Below are positions 38,862-52,881 of a stretch of 64,000 nucleotides of DNA, piece by piece. Location: assembly GCA_029953675.1 (NCBI GenBank), contig JAMWBK010000002.1, positions 868,001-932,000 on the forward strand, read 5' to 3'. Numbering within the stretch: the stretch's first letter is position 1; every line of letters begins with the position of its first letter. The position numbers and the translations under genes were made by a program. Below the pieces are notes generated by a model. The model saw only the letters and a list, made by a program, of their open reading frames with translations. It had not been told where the DNA came from and did no database searches. The stretch is from Rhodosorus marinus CCMP1338. Lineage: Eukaryota > Plantae > Rhodophyta.

Positions 38862-41800
38862 CTAGGCAGTCTCCTCTGTGTATGTTTCCATGGGCGGGCA
38901 GGTGCAAATGAGCTGACGATCACCGGCAACATCGTCGAGCCTGCCAACTGTTGGCCAGAACTTGAAGGACTTGCTCCACGGCGCCGGGTATCCACCAACC
39001 TCCCTTGGGTAAGGACGATCCCATTCTTCGGCAACCAGAACATCCGGACTGTGAGGTGCGTGCTTCAGCATGTTGTTGTCTCTATCCATGGCACCCGTCT
39101 CTATCTGCCGGATCTCCTCCCTAATCATCAGCAGAGCGTCGACAAACCTGTCTAGCTCGGCCTTGGACTCTGACTCTGTTGGCTCAACCATGAGCGTTCC
39201 GGAAACAGGCTGAAGTGTGTCACATGAAGCCCTGGGTCAGAAATAGTCTAACGAAACGCACAAGCCTGAGGTGATTTTGGCCTACCCATGACATGGTCGG
39301 GGCATGGAAACCGTAATCCTGCAGTCTCTTCGCCACATCGGATTCCGTGATCCCGCTCGCCGCCTTGATTGGACGAATGTCAATGATGAATTCGTGAGCG
39401 ACTCGACCGTTGTTTCCAGTGTACAAAATGTCATATGCTCCTTCCAGCCTCTTCTTCATGTAGTTCGCATTCAAGATGGCGTATTGGGTTGCTTCCTTAA
39501 GCCCGTCCGAGCCCATCATTTTGATGTACATGAAAGAGATGGGCAAAATTGCGGATGAGCCATACGGTCCCGCAGACACTGGTCCCATCGCCTTGTCGGA
39601 AGCTCCAACTACTGGTGACACCGGGTGAGACGGAAGGAAAGGAGCCAGCTGCTCCGCAACTCCAATTGGGCCCATTCCTGGACCACCACCACCATGCGGA
39701 ATGCAAAAAGTCTTGTGCAAGTTGAGATGGCACACGTCTGCACCAATGTGTCCCGGGGACGTCAATCCAACCTGTTGCGAAAAAAAAAAGAAGAGCTCCA
39801 CAGGAATGAGAATCGGAGGCCAATTTTGGGGGTTTCGACCACGTCGCCGACCTGGGTCTGGTCCAGTTCCATACCTGCGCGTTCATGTTCGCTCCGTCCA
39901 TGTACACCTGACCTCCATTGGCATGGACCGTGTCGCAGATGTCCTTGATCGTCTCCTCGAACACGCCGTGGGTGCTCGGGTAGGTAATCATAAGAGCCGC
40001 CAACGTGTCCTTGTATTTCTCCGCCTTCTCCTTCAGCTCGGCAACGTCAATGTTTCCCAATTCATCGCAGCCAATTGGAACGATATCAAGACCGCACATT
40101 TTCGCAGAAGCGGGATTGGTGCCATGTGCAGAAGTTGGAATGAGGCAGACCTTTCTATCCACGTCTCCCCGGCTGTCGTGGTACGCTCTAATTGCCATAA
40201 GTCCGGTGTATTCTCCCTGTGCTCCCGAATTTGGCTGAAGCGAGACCTTGTAGAACCCAGTGATGTCCGCAAGATCTTTCTCGAGCTCCGCGAACATCTC
40301 ATAGTAGCCCGGTAGCTGCTCCTTCGGAGTAAACGGGTGGGGCATGCACACCTCGGGCCATGTGACTGGGATCATTTCGCTCGTCGAGTTCAGCTTCATC
40401 GTGCAAGATCCGAGCGGTATCATCGAGTGGACAAGTGAGATATCCTTCGATTGCAACCTCATCATGTACCTCAGTAGCTCGTGTTCCGTGTGGAAAGAAT
40501 TGAAAATCGGATGCGTCATGAAGTCCGATTTACGCTCAAAGTCCGTTCCAGCGAACCCGTTCCCGGAGACGGAGCCAACAAAGCTTTCCGCAGACCCGTC
40601 AATCCCGAAACAGCCCATCAGCTTGGTGACATCCTTGGCTGTATGTGTCTCATCGAAAGAAACCGTCAGAACGGTATCTGACATCTGACGGATGTTGATT
40701 TTGGCTGCCGCACAAGCGTCCACGACCTTCTGAGCCTCTGCTGTGGATGGATACTCGATCTTAACGGTATCAAAGAACTTGTGGGATCCAACATTCAACG
40801 CGCTCTTCTCGGCCCCCTCAGCAAAGACCTGGGCCATGAGATGAGTTCTCCCAGCAATCTTCTTCAGTCCCTCGGGACCATGGTACAGTCCGTACATTGC
40901 AGCCATGTTCGCTAGCAGAGCTTGTGCGGTGCAAATGTTGCTGGTCGCTTTGTCCCTCCTAATATGCTGCTCACGAGTTTGCATGGCCATCCGCAACGCG
41001 GGCTTGCCCTGTGCATCCTTACTCAGGCCAATAATCCTTCCAGGCATGAGTCTCTTGTACTCTTCCTTCGTCGAGAAGAAAGCTGCATGCGGACCACCGT
41101 ATCCCATCGGTACACCGAGCCTCTGCGAGTTACCTAGAGCAAAGTCCGCTCCGATCTCACCTGGCGACGTCAGCATGGTCAACGCCAAAAGGTCCGTGGC
41201 GAGGACAACCTTGGTACCGTTGTCGTGGGAATTCTTGATCACATCCTTGAAATCTTCCACGCTTCCATCAGTAGCTGGGTACTGCAGAAGCACACCACTT
41301 GTATCTCCGTTGGAGAAATCGTAGGTCGCGTGGTCTCCAACTATAACTTCAATACCAAAGCCCTTGGCCCGAGTCTCAACTACTGCGATCGTCTGTGGGT
41401 GGCACTTCTCAGAGACGAAGAACTTGGCCCTCTTGTTGCGAGAAATGGCAAAGCACATCGCCATTGCCTCAGCAGCGGCCGTTCCTTCGTCCAGGAGCGA
41501 TGCGCTGGACACCGGAAGTCCAGTCAAATCCGATACCATAGTCTGGAAGTTGAGAAGCGACTCAAGACGGCCTGGAGGGATTGCAGTTTACTTCGATTAG
41601 CTCCTTGATAGAACAAATTAGCACACTCATATCTGGATGGCTCACCTTGGGCAACCTCAGCTTGGTATGGAGTATATTGAGTGTACCAGGCCGGGTTCTC
41701 TAGCAAGTTTCTCAGGATGACGTACGGGGTATTCGTGCCCGCATAGCCCATGCCAATGTGATTCTGGTTCAATTCATTTTTCGACATCATGTTCTTCAGA

Positions 41801-42168
41801 TAGTCGATGGCTTCAGTCTCAGTCATAGCCGCCCCAACCCTCAGGTCCTCTTTCTTCTGGATTGCAGCTGGAACAGTTGTATTGCCGAGTTCCTCCAGAC
41901 TCTCCACGCCGACTGCCCTCAGCATCTGTTCCAGCTCTCCCTCCGCCGAAGACCCATTATGACGATTCGTGAATGAATCCAGCTTCGCGAAGGGGTCATC
42001 GCTCTCTTTCAGAGTGGCGACAAACCTAGCCGCAACCTTGAAGGTCCCGATGCTCACAGGCGCAGATAGACCTGCCCTGACCCCACCGGCAGAAGCCGCG
42101 GCGCCCCGCACCGCTCCGAACACGGATCCGCTCCGTCGGAGCAAAGTCCGTGTCGCCAAACCTGACAT
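38862..42168 (-). CDS. GLDC: Glycine dehydrogenase (decarboxylating), glycine cleavage system P protein, mitochondrial, 4 exons
   Basis: Mitochondrial-type presequence. Motifs [63 protein letters not shown] (PLP lysine) and [14 protein letters not shown]. Three canonical introns. Confidence 0.98.
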
Positions 42169-44933
42169 CTGTATTATTTCCTCTCCTTCCTCAAAACAAA
42201 CTCAACAAAAGGACAGAAACCAACCCCCCCCCCAAAAAACCACCTCACAATCTAAACACACATCCACTCAAGCAGTCAATCGACCTTCCTTCAACCCTCA
42301 TACCATCCCTGTGCAGACGCCTGCGACTACCTCTCACCCTCCAGCACCCGTCCCCCCCACATTGCTGCCCAGAAGTCCTGCAATCCGCTCCTCCATATAT
42401 ACAATCTAGAGGAGTGCGGGGATCCCAAATCACAATGAAAAACCCAATCGATACGAGCACGAAAGCAGATGAGCTGATACTTCCATTTTCGAGTCGCGGC
42501 CATTAAAAGGAAACTCCCAATGCACCACCAAGAATATACACCGACCCCTGGAAAATTCTAGACCCACAACCAACGGACGCCTTATACCCCCCCTTTGAGA
42601 ATATCCTAAACTATCGATATTCTAATAAAATACCCAAAAATAATAAGATTGGAACTACTTAATGTTTGAACTTTGATATACAAAAGTATACAGAGGGGTG
42701 CATTCTTCTTCACCAAAAACCCCAGGGGTTTAATCAATTGGGACTAGCTCATGACCATACGTTTGTAAAGACGGGATCCAACCATTCCCCAAAACTCAAT
42801 AAAAGGAACAAAAAAACAAGTCCGACCTGTTGGTACAATGTACAGGGTTTGGCGAAATAGGGGGTGGGATATTTTCCCGTTGAGGTTGGATATGTTTGAA
42901 TTTATTAATAAATTACTAGATAATTTCGTGCAGTTGGGGAATTGGAGAGCTTTTTCGTTACCCTTTGGGTGGGGTTGAGGGTAGAGCGAGATAGCAAGAA
43001 GTCGATGTTGAGTTTACCAATAGATGTATGATTTAGGCGTTTATGATCTGTTAAGAGTTTTAATTGGTTATTTTAGGATTGCAATGCAAAAAATGTGGGG
43101 TTTCGTCGCTGTTGCTTTTTTTTCTTTGGTGAAATGCATTTCAGATGTGGCCTTTTCGAGGGCGAACCGGCGCAACTGTTTTTCGAAGTGTGGTGGGAGG
43201 GTTGCCTACAAAGATTGTGTCGTGTCCGAGGAGCGAGATGGTAGAATTGATACAGGCATTCATCTTAAAGAATATCTCGGCTAGAAAAGAAAAGGATGAA
43301 AAAAGCAATCTTAAACTGCACTCGTTTTCCTCGTTTACGACTCATGGGATCACATCCCATCCATCAACTCGGTCTATGGAGGCCACCGTTGGTCGGTTCA
43401 GACAAATGTGCATGGCTGTATTGCTTTACTGAAAGGTCGCTTGCATGTCCATCTGAAAACAGAGCGCAGGAGCTGAAGGATTTCGTGGTCGATGTAGAAG
43501 ATGGACAGTGTGCATCTGTCGTCTGAATCTTTTGCGGCCGTTTGGAATGCCTGTGTGACTCAGTGGGCGGCAAGTATGGTCAGGCAGGGATGGTCCGCAG
43601 CCTACTTTTCGAAGGTAGTAACAGAAAATGAAGGGGAGGATTACAGATACACGAGGATTCAGTTTAGGAGTCCTTTGAGAACAGGGCGGGGACCAAGCTA
43701 CATTGAGGCCAGTCCACATATCCATCCGAACTGACTGCCCTGGATGGATTACCCCCATCTGTCCCAGAACATCGACTCCTTTTTTCGGGTCCAAACAGCA
43801 TCTGTAGGAAGTCTAGCTGAGATTACTCGGACTGTTTGCACAGAAGGGTGTAAACGTTAAGCACATGCAAGGGCCTTCATGATAATACAGCAATTTAGAC
43901 TCTCCTTCGAGGGTAACAATCTCCACCATATCATTCAACTTCCAAGTACGCGATACCTCAGTGATCACTTTAGATAGTCAAATGGGGTGCTTACGTGAAC
44001 ACTATATGTTTACTTAAGCTATGCGCATCCACGATCCAATATGTTACCCCGTCCTACGATCGTAAGCCCAATTCTAAGGCGAAGAATCAGGGCACGCAAT
44101 GACAGCAGTCAAACTGACTGATTATTTTTGCACGGTATGCAAATCGTGACATCCTTCATGATTGACTCAATTTCGGACCTCTGGCAGATGTGCAGCACTC
44201 TACAACAGATTATGCACACCTTTTATGCTCATCTAGCTGACGCCATGTGCTGTAGATGCCAACGTGGGCTTCAGCGTGGCTTGGTGTGTGCTAATATGTG
44301 GTGGAACAACCCCTCGAGGCATTCCTGGCAATGGTTTACGTTCGCAGGTCGAGGGAGTCAAGCGCTTACCTAGTTTCCTTAGATGCGCATCCAATGGCAA
44401 GTTTAGCACTTCCAACCAGCAGAGAGGAGTTTGTAAGCCCTGCACCCCCGCCGGGAGGAGTAAAGGCCTCCTAGCGTTTTGGTTCATTGGAAGTGGAAGC
44501 GATGTCTTCAGCAGGCCTGGGGCTGGTCATCCAGATAATAACGACTGAACCTCAAAGGATGACTTGCCAATCCTATAATCAGTTGAAGAGAGACATGTTG
44601 GCCCTATTTCAACCCGCCCCACCCTGCAGCACCTTCTTCCCTGCACCAAACCCAATAAGTGGTGAGATCGCGCTTATCAGGAATTACTGTATTTTGATAA
44701 AATTAACTGGCCAAAGAGATTTGTCTTGAAATGGAGAATGATACTTGTTTTAGAATTAATTTAATTTTTTAGAGGTTCTGAGGATATTGGGTTGATATTC
44801 TTGTCTTGCGCGTGGAGGGGTCGCGAAGTGGCCCGTGTAGTGAGGTTTGGAAGGACTTCTCGCTGATTTGGAACTACGGAGGAAAGCGCTAGTAGTTGTG
44901 GAATAACAATTTCTAGATAGACGTAACGATAAA

Positions 44934-45915
44934 ATGGGACTTTTCGGGAAAAAATCGGATCCGCCACCACCGAAGCCGAAGCCGGCTAAGGCGCCTGATA
45001 TGTTCGGTGAGAAGTTTTGCCAAGTTATTCGAATGAGGTTTTCGGGGGCTGCTGTTTGTGGCCTTCTTGGACAATGTGGAGGATGTTTGTGTTGCTCACC
45101 CGATAACACATCGAACGTATTACGTTTTGCTCTACTCCCTTCGGCGTTCTGGCAATGGAACGAACAGAAACTATTTTCAACATGAAGTTCACTGCGAAAC
45201 AACTCGGAAAGCTCGCGAAGAAGTCGGAAAAGTCGATCAAAGATGAGAAACTGAAGTGCAAATTAGCAATTGAGAAGGGCAACGTGGAAAGTGCTAAAGT
45301 GCATGCTGAGAATGCAGTCAGAAACGAGAAACAAGCGGTGTCATACCTTAGGTGACGACAAATGATTTTCTTCCTCTCCATGTCTAGAAGCTGTTCTGTA
45401 TTGACTTGATATTCATTTGCCCTGTGAAAGGCTGCAATCGAGAATTGATGCGGTGGCGTCAAAGCTCGAGGCTCACTCGCAAATGATGCAAGTTACTTCG
45501 AGCATGGGCGCGGTGACTGAAAGCTTAAACACAGTCCTCGGCACAACGGATATAACGAAAATTACCGAAGTGATGGATACTTTTGAGAAACAGTTTGAAG
45601 ATCTTGACCTCCAGGCTGCGTATATGGATGACGCTATAGGAGATTCGGTAGCAGGTTCCACCCCGCAAAGCGAAGTTAACAAACTGATGCAACAGGTTAG
45701 TATGGAAATCCTGCTGTGGGGGTACAACGAAACAATTATGCTCATTGACTATTCCTGGATGACCGACTCAGGTTGCCGAGGAGCACAATCTTGAGATGAA
45801 GTCGGAGTTCCTCGGTGGGGCTGTCCCACTCACTTCACAACCCGCGGCTTCCCAAGCAAAGCCAGTCGAAGATCCGCTTGAGGAGCGGATGAGAGCTCTT
45901 CAGAAGGAATTTTAA
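44934..45915 (+). CDS. CHMP1: ESCRT-III associated protein CHMP1/Did2/Vps46, 4 exons
   Basis: Motifs FNMKFTAKQL, AKVHAENAVR, SRIDAVASKL, DTFEKQFEDLD, TPQSEVNKLMQQVAEEH and the C-terminal MIM1-like DPLEERMRAL; three GT-AG introns. Confidence 0.93.
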
Positions 45916-47223
45916 ATCCAATGCAGGATTCCAACAAGGGGGGAACGAAACTTAAGCGCATATTCAGGCCTTGTACTTGCACATCCGTGTGACTGTGCCC
46001 ATGGAGCTCGCCTGTTAAGATACGGTCCACTGATGAACCAGCACGCGATGTGTCCTGTGGTTGTGATATTCTTGGCTTGGAACAATGAGCTTGTGGAAAC
46101 CACCTAGAAGAGGAGAGTGAACATATTTAAAAGAAGAATACCGCCAAAATAAAGGCTTGGCCAGAACTTATCCCATTACATCGTCAATGTCCTTCACAAA
46201 GCTCGTTCTTCAACTCTCATCTATTCTCAATTCGGAGCTTCTTCACGCGGAAGAATTGGTTCTCTAGATATCACAACGGCTTGATCAACTCCGGTTTCGT
46301 CCCCTCCTTTTGAAGATAGTCCACGTACACCATGTCACTATCGGTTTTTTTTTCAGACAGCAACCCTGAGAGGAGACCTTATCGCAGAGCGAGTTCCTTC
46401 CTTCGAAAAGCGAGTTCCTTCGAAACGCCACGGCACATCTCCATGATCGGGAGTCGCATTTATCGTCGGTGAGAGGACAATTGAACCGTATCCTATTGCA
46501 ATAAAACGCACAGTTGGTACAACACGCGATCGACAAAGACCGGGCAGACCGGTCGATACTCCCACTAGCTAGAAGTTAGATGAGACCCCTGGACAAGGGG
46601 TCTTTAACTGAGTTTAGAGCGAAGATAGAGTAGTGGTATTTCGTGTGGTAGGTAGCTGCCGAATAAAGGCTACGGAGAGAGAGAGAGAGAACGAGCCTCC
46701 GAAGACTAAGGCGGCGTTGGAACGCCGGAGCATGAGTGTCAACGAAATAGAGGAAACACAAGATTCTCATCGACATCGCGACAACAGTCTCGAAGCCAAG
46801 CCCCGCCTGAACTCTCAACGGACCCGAATGCCGGAATCGCGGCGAGGAAACCCGGTTTGTCAGCCGATTGCAAGGGTGGTCGTGTTCGCGAGGCCCCCTG
46901 GTGTACAACCTCGTTGTGGCGGCGCATGATTCGAGCAGCTGCAGCACGCGTTCCCTAGGCGAAGACAGCAAATAACTGGAGGCAAGAGGGCACATAAGTG
47001 TCAGATCAACATATCTACTACGGAGTCCCTCCGCGACCCACGACAAGATCAGCAACTCTTCGGAGGTCGGGATATGTACTGTTGGTTGTAGTGTTTATAG
47101 CATTGTGGAAGTGCTCAGGCGCTCACCTCCTGCGCACAAAACTACAATCGCTAAGACTAGACATCTCCCATCGATATCTTCCCTTTGACAACTTTTTCAG
47201 AGATCGTCACTCATTCTGACATG

Positions 47224-47664
47224 TGTCGCTTCGGTTGACAGTGTTTATGGTCAATCATTTATCATTCTGACTGGCTTCGGGTTTCTATTTTATCAAGCTC
47301 ATGGGACAACAAGCCCCATGTAGTTCTCATCAATCACGTCCCCCTCGGCCCAGGGGGCTCGTACGTTGCACGGTACTAAGCGGGTACGAAACTCATGCTG
47401 CGTGATTAGTACGTCCCTCATGGCATTCTATAATTAGTACGCAGTGCCATGACGGGGAGTACTACTCCGGCTGCACCCTAAAGTCACTGACTCTGAGCTG
47501 GACCAGTCCGGACTAAGAACAAGAGCTATCTGCAAATACATTCTCTTTATTCACTCAGTCCAAGTTACCAGGGAGAGAGACAGAGAGGGTGGTGTTCGTG
47601 GCACACGCCAGGGGGTGCTGGTACACTCGTCTTTTAAGACGTAGTCACGGGGAAGACGAGTTGT
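47224..47664. other. Hairpin-dense non-coding segment (candidate structured RNA or TE terminal region)
   Basis: Stems at 47224-47240 (C-UUCG-G loop), 47300-47320, 47340-47357, 47409-47462 (~17 bp) and 47623-47664; purine tract at 47570-47589. Confidence 0.4.
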
Positions 47665-48532
47665 ATTTTTAGTCATTAGGAGGATGGTTCTCTCGTTGGT
47701 GTGGATAGCAGTTGCCCTTATACCTGGCCTATAGGGACACCACGCATTACTCGAACTACTTATGAGAGGCGAATTCCTCGCTGTCGATGCACTGGGAGGT
47801 TACGCTAGCTAGTGTAAGGCTCACAGATGCAAGCGTGGTGGAGTTTAGCCGATCTTGTTCTCGAGGCTCGTTCCTTGCATCGTTTGTAATGAGCTCTAGG
47901 TCTGCCGCAGGATGTGAGGATTCGATTTTGCCATATCGTATTAATGTCCTAGCTGTCGCCAAATGGAGCTCCTATGGGCAGAGTTACCCCTACTCGTAGT
48001 TTGCTCTACCCCTATCCAGCCATCTGGAGTCTTTCCCTTACTGTTTATCTCCAACAGTGTCATTACCTACTGCTGTATCTAGTGAAGAAGGTTGATCCCG
48101 CAAAATCTCCTAGTGCTCAACAATAGCGAGGTATTACATCACAGCCGCCCGATCCCCGTCGGTTTACTTTTTCTCCTCACAGCATGACGTGCGCTATAAA
48201 AGTTCTCAGAACTCAGACCCACCGTGAGCTGTTCCGTTGAATAGAGAGGACGAGGTCCTGGGTCAGCGCACTCGATTATCAGAGTGCAGGGAGGGTAAAA
48301 GGATGCCACCAGATTCTCAGAAAATGTAAGGTGACGTGGAAAAGAACTACTACTCTCTTGCTCACTGAACGGCTCGAGCACCAACTGCGAAGTTTCGAAT
48401 TGGTGTCTCCGAATACATTTGAAAGCTGAGGTATATTCCTAGTGCAGCAAAAACAATCCAATCCAGCTACGGAGGTATGCTACGGACAAAATCAGAGCAA
48501 GCTTTCCCATGCAAAGAGGAACGAATTGCGGT

Positions 48533-48560
48533 GAAAGGACCCCCGGATCGGGGGTCCTTT
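48533..48560. repeat. Isolated inverted repeat (11-bp perfect stem)
   Basis: gaaaggacccc-cggatc-ggggtcctttc. Confidence 0.9.
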
Positions 48561-50749
48561 CTCAAGTGACGGTCGATAGCAGGAATTATCCAGATTCTAC
48601 AGAACCCACAAAACCATCTTTTTTGTAGTTTTCCAAAGTCCGAACTAGACACCAAAGTTTGCTAGCAATACTTTCGGATAGCGAGTGGACATTTCTTTCT
48701 AGAAGCAGCAGTTTTACCCTTGTGTAATCCACATCCTTCGGGAAAACAAGCTAGTTTTCCCCGCCGAACCTCGAAAACCACGTCTCCAAGCTTGGGGAGG
48801 TTCCTGTTAATGCCAAATTTTCGGTGAAATGGAGGCCTCTACCCTAGCTAAGAGATATCTGCATTACAGCATACAGTGGAATGCTAGCAAGGCGCTTGTT
48901 GAAGAAATGTCATGTTGAAGAATTGCTGCTATGTTTTCCGAAAGTACAATTGCCCAAAAACATTTGCAAACTGCGCCCACCAATCATTGCCGGGCCATGG
49001 CGGGCTTTGCCCACCCTCCCCCCCCCCCCTTGAGCCCATAAAGGAATAAAGCCCCACAAAAAAAAACTATTCCCCCAAGCGCACCCTTTCCACCTACAAA
49101 CTCTGTGTCCCAAACCTTCGTCAACGGAGAACAAAACGCTCATTCTCGTTAAAAACCGTCTAAAACCTAATAATCTTCACAATCTGATTGCAAAAATATA
49201 TAAAAATTCATATAGCTCATTCCGCTTTGTTAAACCTGAGCTTACCAAAAAAAAAAAAGAGTCGTGAAAAAAACAAAAAACAGTACAAGTTCCCCCCTGG
49301 CCTCGAAGTTGTTTTGTTTGAAGATTTATCAGTTTTTCCTACAAAATATGACATAAAACCTCAACTAGCCAATGAATTGGAATATCCACGATAAAACCAA
49401 TCAATAATGATAATATGGATTAAACTTTTTACCAGATTAGCTTGGTCATTTTGAGGAGATGAGTTTTTCGAAATTATTTAAACGGTCGTTTGTGGTTCAG
49501 GAAAAATCAAAACGGAAATTTCGATCGACGCGAGAGAGTTTAGGCTCGTTTAAGTGCAAATTTTGAGGATAAATTCCCTATGGAATACGAAAAAAGTTTT
49601 GTAGGGGGCGATGGGTTGTGCACCACTACGTAGAATACTTGTAGGGCGATGTTTGATGATGCTGGGCGTCGTTCCTAAATTGTATATAGCTGTATTTCGC
49701 ATGTTCGTAGTTTTTTTTTTAATCGATTGATCGGGTAGTTTACGAGGGTGATAGGGGAGGGGAGGCGACGAAGGGGAAAAAGTCTGGATGTGTAAGCTAC
49801 AAGGTTTGCTTATGGAGAAACTCACAAAAGCGACGGGCTGCCGGCATTCCACAAAGGGGGGAGAGGGGGGGAGTGGACTATTGGGGGATGCCACAGCTGG
49901 TGCTGATCGAGATCATCATCATCAGCACAGCGTTTCGTCTTCTCTTCAGGAAAAGTTGCCCCCGCCTCTTTTGGTGGTAGACGGGGCAACTTGGCTCTGT
50001 GCGGAGCTAAATTTTGTGGGAAAAGCATCATCGCGCGTGAAGCTCACCCGTTGATATATCGAAACCACGCCGGTGCAGGGATCGGTTGAAATTGGAACCC
50101 GTGCATAGGATGAGTGAGCACTCTTTTGGATCCATCAAAAACGTTTTCTTGCGACGGGGACGAGGCCAAAGACTTCATTCACGTGCGGGGCCGGACTGGG
50201 GGTTCTTATACTGACAGTGCCCAGTTTCCTGCAACGTGCGAAAGGACGACCCTTGCCGATAGAAGCCGAACGACAATAGCGTCGGACGTCACATCCATGG
50301 CCTTGAAGAAGTCATGTGAACGTGGTTCGAAAAAGCCAAGAAGGGTATCTACCCCTTCTCTGGGGTACCAAACCGTGGATTTTCGTATTGAAGTCTCAAC
50401 CGTATATGAGGACAAGAACCACAACACACAAGCGAGAGGGAAGCTTCGACAGCCACTCGGGATTCCCCTACATCCCTCTGAGAAATCTGCAGAAAGAAGT
50501 GGCCAAACCAAGTCCATAGATTCTGTGGGTGGTCCCACTCTTTCGTTCCAATGAATTGATCAAGCCCTCAAACTTTTCTATAACCCTGGCAAGATATGCG
50601 ATACGCCGGCGCTTGTTGCGACATACTCGAAGATTAGAGTACCCCTGCGGTAAACCGCGGATTTACGGCCGTCCAAGACGGTAGACGAATTGGCAAACCC
50701 CGCAGAGCAAACCTGAGAGTTCTATGCTATACTTTTGGACGAGAGCAAG

Positions 50750-51485
50750 GGATGAGAACTATAATATACACATCTATTTCACTTACACAACACGGAGAAG
50801 ATGCTATGGACGATTGTCAAGGGAACCAAAAATATCATCCACTTCATGCGCTCCTTGGTCTAAGGCTTTCTGTACGTATTCTTCTCTTATGGCCTCTGCC
50901 AACCCAAATTCTCAACTCCCTTTAAGTATTGATCAAATCCAGCAAAAAACGGGAACGTAGGTATTATGTATCATTACGACCTAGTCCTTGATTCTTCTCT
51001 CCGTCAAGATTGGAGAATGATGAAGGCGGCTTTGGTGGCTCCGACCGCAAAATGATTGAAATACAGAAAAACCCTGATGCAAATGAAAATCAATGCAACC
51101 AAGTCGGCGCTATTCCCAATGAATCAAGAAGCCGATGCCCCACCTCCTTCATTTTTCAAACAAAACCGTACTGGACGGGTACCTTAGAACATGGGATTTT
51201 CCGTAACCCAGATAAATAATTCTTCAAATCAATAAAAGCGGTCATAATGGAAAAAGGATTCCGTTTGTACTGTACCCGTGGCCCCCCCCGGGCGATAAAT
51301 AAGCCGTCCTGTTCTTCGTTTATGGTCGAAGCAGCATGTTTCGCCTTACATAGGAAATCTACGGATGGAAGAGATTCCAATCGGTGCTTTTGGGGTGTTT
51401 TGGACGATGCAAAATATCTGGACAAGAACATAATGTACGAAAGTATAAGGGGTACTGATATCAGAGAATCATTTGAAAATGCCAC
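50750..51485 (-). mobile_element. Possible decayed LINE reverse transcriptase fragment
   Basis: Minus-strand INEEQDG..RG (resembles EEQ.GF..GRS), AFIDLKN (resembles FIDLKKAFD), FEK*RRWGI and LHQG. The motifs are weak and their spacing is imperfect. Confidence 0.3.
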
Positions 51486-52881
51486 CGCTAGAAGCGTATA
51501 TTCGTTAATTTCTTGTTTTGGACATCCAACTCTTCCCCCGTTTCCATTCTCTTTGGGAAGTGCCTTCGCTGGGGGGGGGGGGTGTGTGTGTGGAAGTGGA
51601 ACCAGGCTAATAAATATTTTGTAAAAAAGAGGGAGGAATGGTCATTCTCAACGCTCGCATCGGTTCCCAGTTTTGCCCCAAAAATAACTTCTATTTGGCA
51701 TTATACGGAAAAACACACCACGCCCCGCGCCCTGGTGCGAAAAGAAAATATAGATAAAATAAATTCGCCAAAGCCGAGCCTTCGTCTTGTTTTGGAAAAA
51801 AAGGAGGATTCCATTTTCATTCGTCAAGTTTTCCCACTCTTTAGAAAGAAAATTAGAATTTTTTAGTTAGAACGGAGAAAGTCCGATAGTGTAGTGTATG
51901 GCTCAAGAATTATTAAGCATTTAATGGTTCAACTTCCACTATGGTGGATAATATAAACGAAAACGGCCTAGGATGACAGAGAAACCATTAATTAGACTTG
52001 AGCAACCTGCTCCCAAGTTTATTTCTCCCCCTATACAATAAAATACAATGCCCTTGACAAGGTTGAAACCAAAAACAAACAAAAAAAATGGAAACCCCCC
52101 GGTCTAACCCCAATCACATATCGAAATGCTACCACCTACCAAATCCGAATTGCCATTTACAAATTAACTTGTTTCATGAACGGAAATTATTCGGTTAATT
52201 TAGGGGTGTGTGTGAACAAAAAAGTACATTTTTTGCAGATATACTTCCAAATTTTCTTTTGGTGTCTGCAGAAATTGATAGTGAGACTTTCTTGTTTCTT
52301 TTGGGGGGAGGGATTTAGGCGACCGAGGAGGATGATCGTGCGCTTCCTTATGTAATTTACTTGAATTAGAAAGTGTTAACATAAGCTGCATAATGTAGGG
52401 GGGGGGGTTGGTGTGCAGTTGTGTCTATGAGTTTTTGAGAAACAATTTTTTATTTTATTTTTTGCTCTTGTTTCGTTGCGGCTTGAAAGTAGGGTTGCGA
52501 TAGTGTTGGAGTGGTGGAGGAAGGAGGGTCTTGGAAGGTAGCGGGCGATGTCTTGTGTAACGGGCGTTCGGATGAGGGATATATATCAGTAGATGTTTGT
52601 ACTGGGTACTTGGAGGAAGGGAAGGGACTGAGGAATGCACTGGATGAAGCTGAGAGGGGTTGAAGACTGTGTTTGGGGCAGAGGAGCGGTGGGGTTGATG
52701 GTTTAAGCGGCCTTTTTGAGAGGTTTTGGGACATGGGTGTGATGAGGGAATGAGCGTCAGTGTCGCTTGTCCCGTTTTTATTGTTTCGACTGCGACTTTG
52801 CTCGGTTCTTTTTTTTTGGGGCGGGGGCGGGAGGGGGAGGGAGAGTTTCAGTGTGCGTTTGAGTGATTTATTTGAGCAAAG

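Noticed and set aside
37177-40688. Long antisense ORFs over ABCB and GLDC (e.g. 37177-37854, 39701-40315)
   Set aside because: They are shadows of real coding sequence on the opposite strand.
7845-42168. Functional detox/redox gene cluster (MsrB-like, ABCC, ATM1-like)
   Set aside because: Unrelated housekeeping genes are interspersed and no shared regulatory motif was seen; chance adjacency is sufficient.
47380-47500. Hammerhead or HDV ribozyme
   Set aside because: GAAAC follows a small stem, but no correctly placed CUGANGA core or HDV pseudoknot was found.
50114-50554. Overlapping 146-aa (+) and 110-aa (-) ORFs
   Set aside because: No motifs were recognised and they lie next to probable LINE debris, so neither could be supported.
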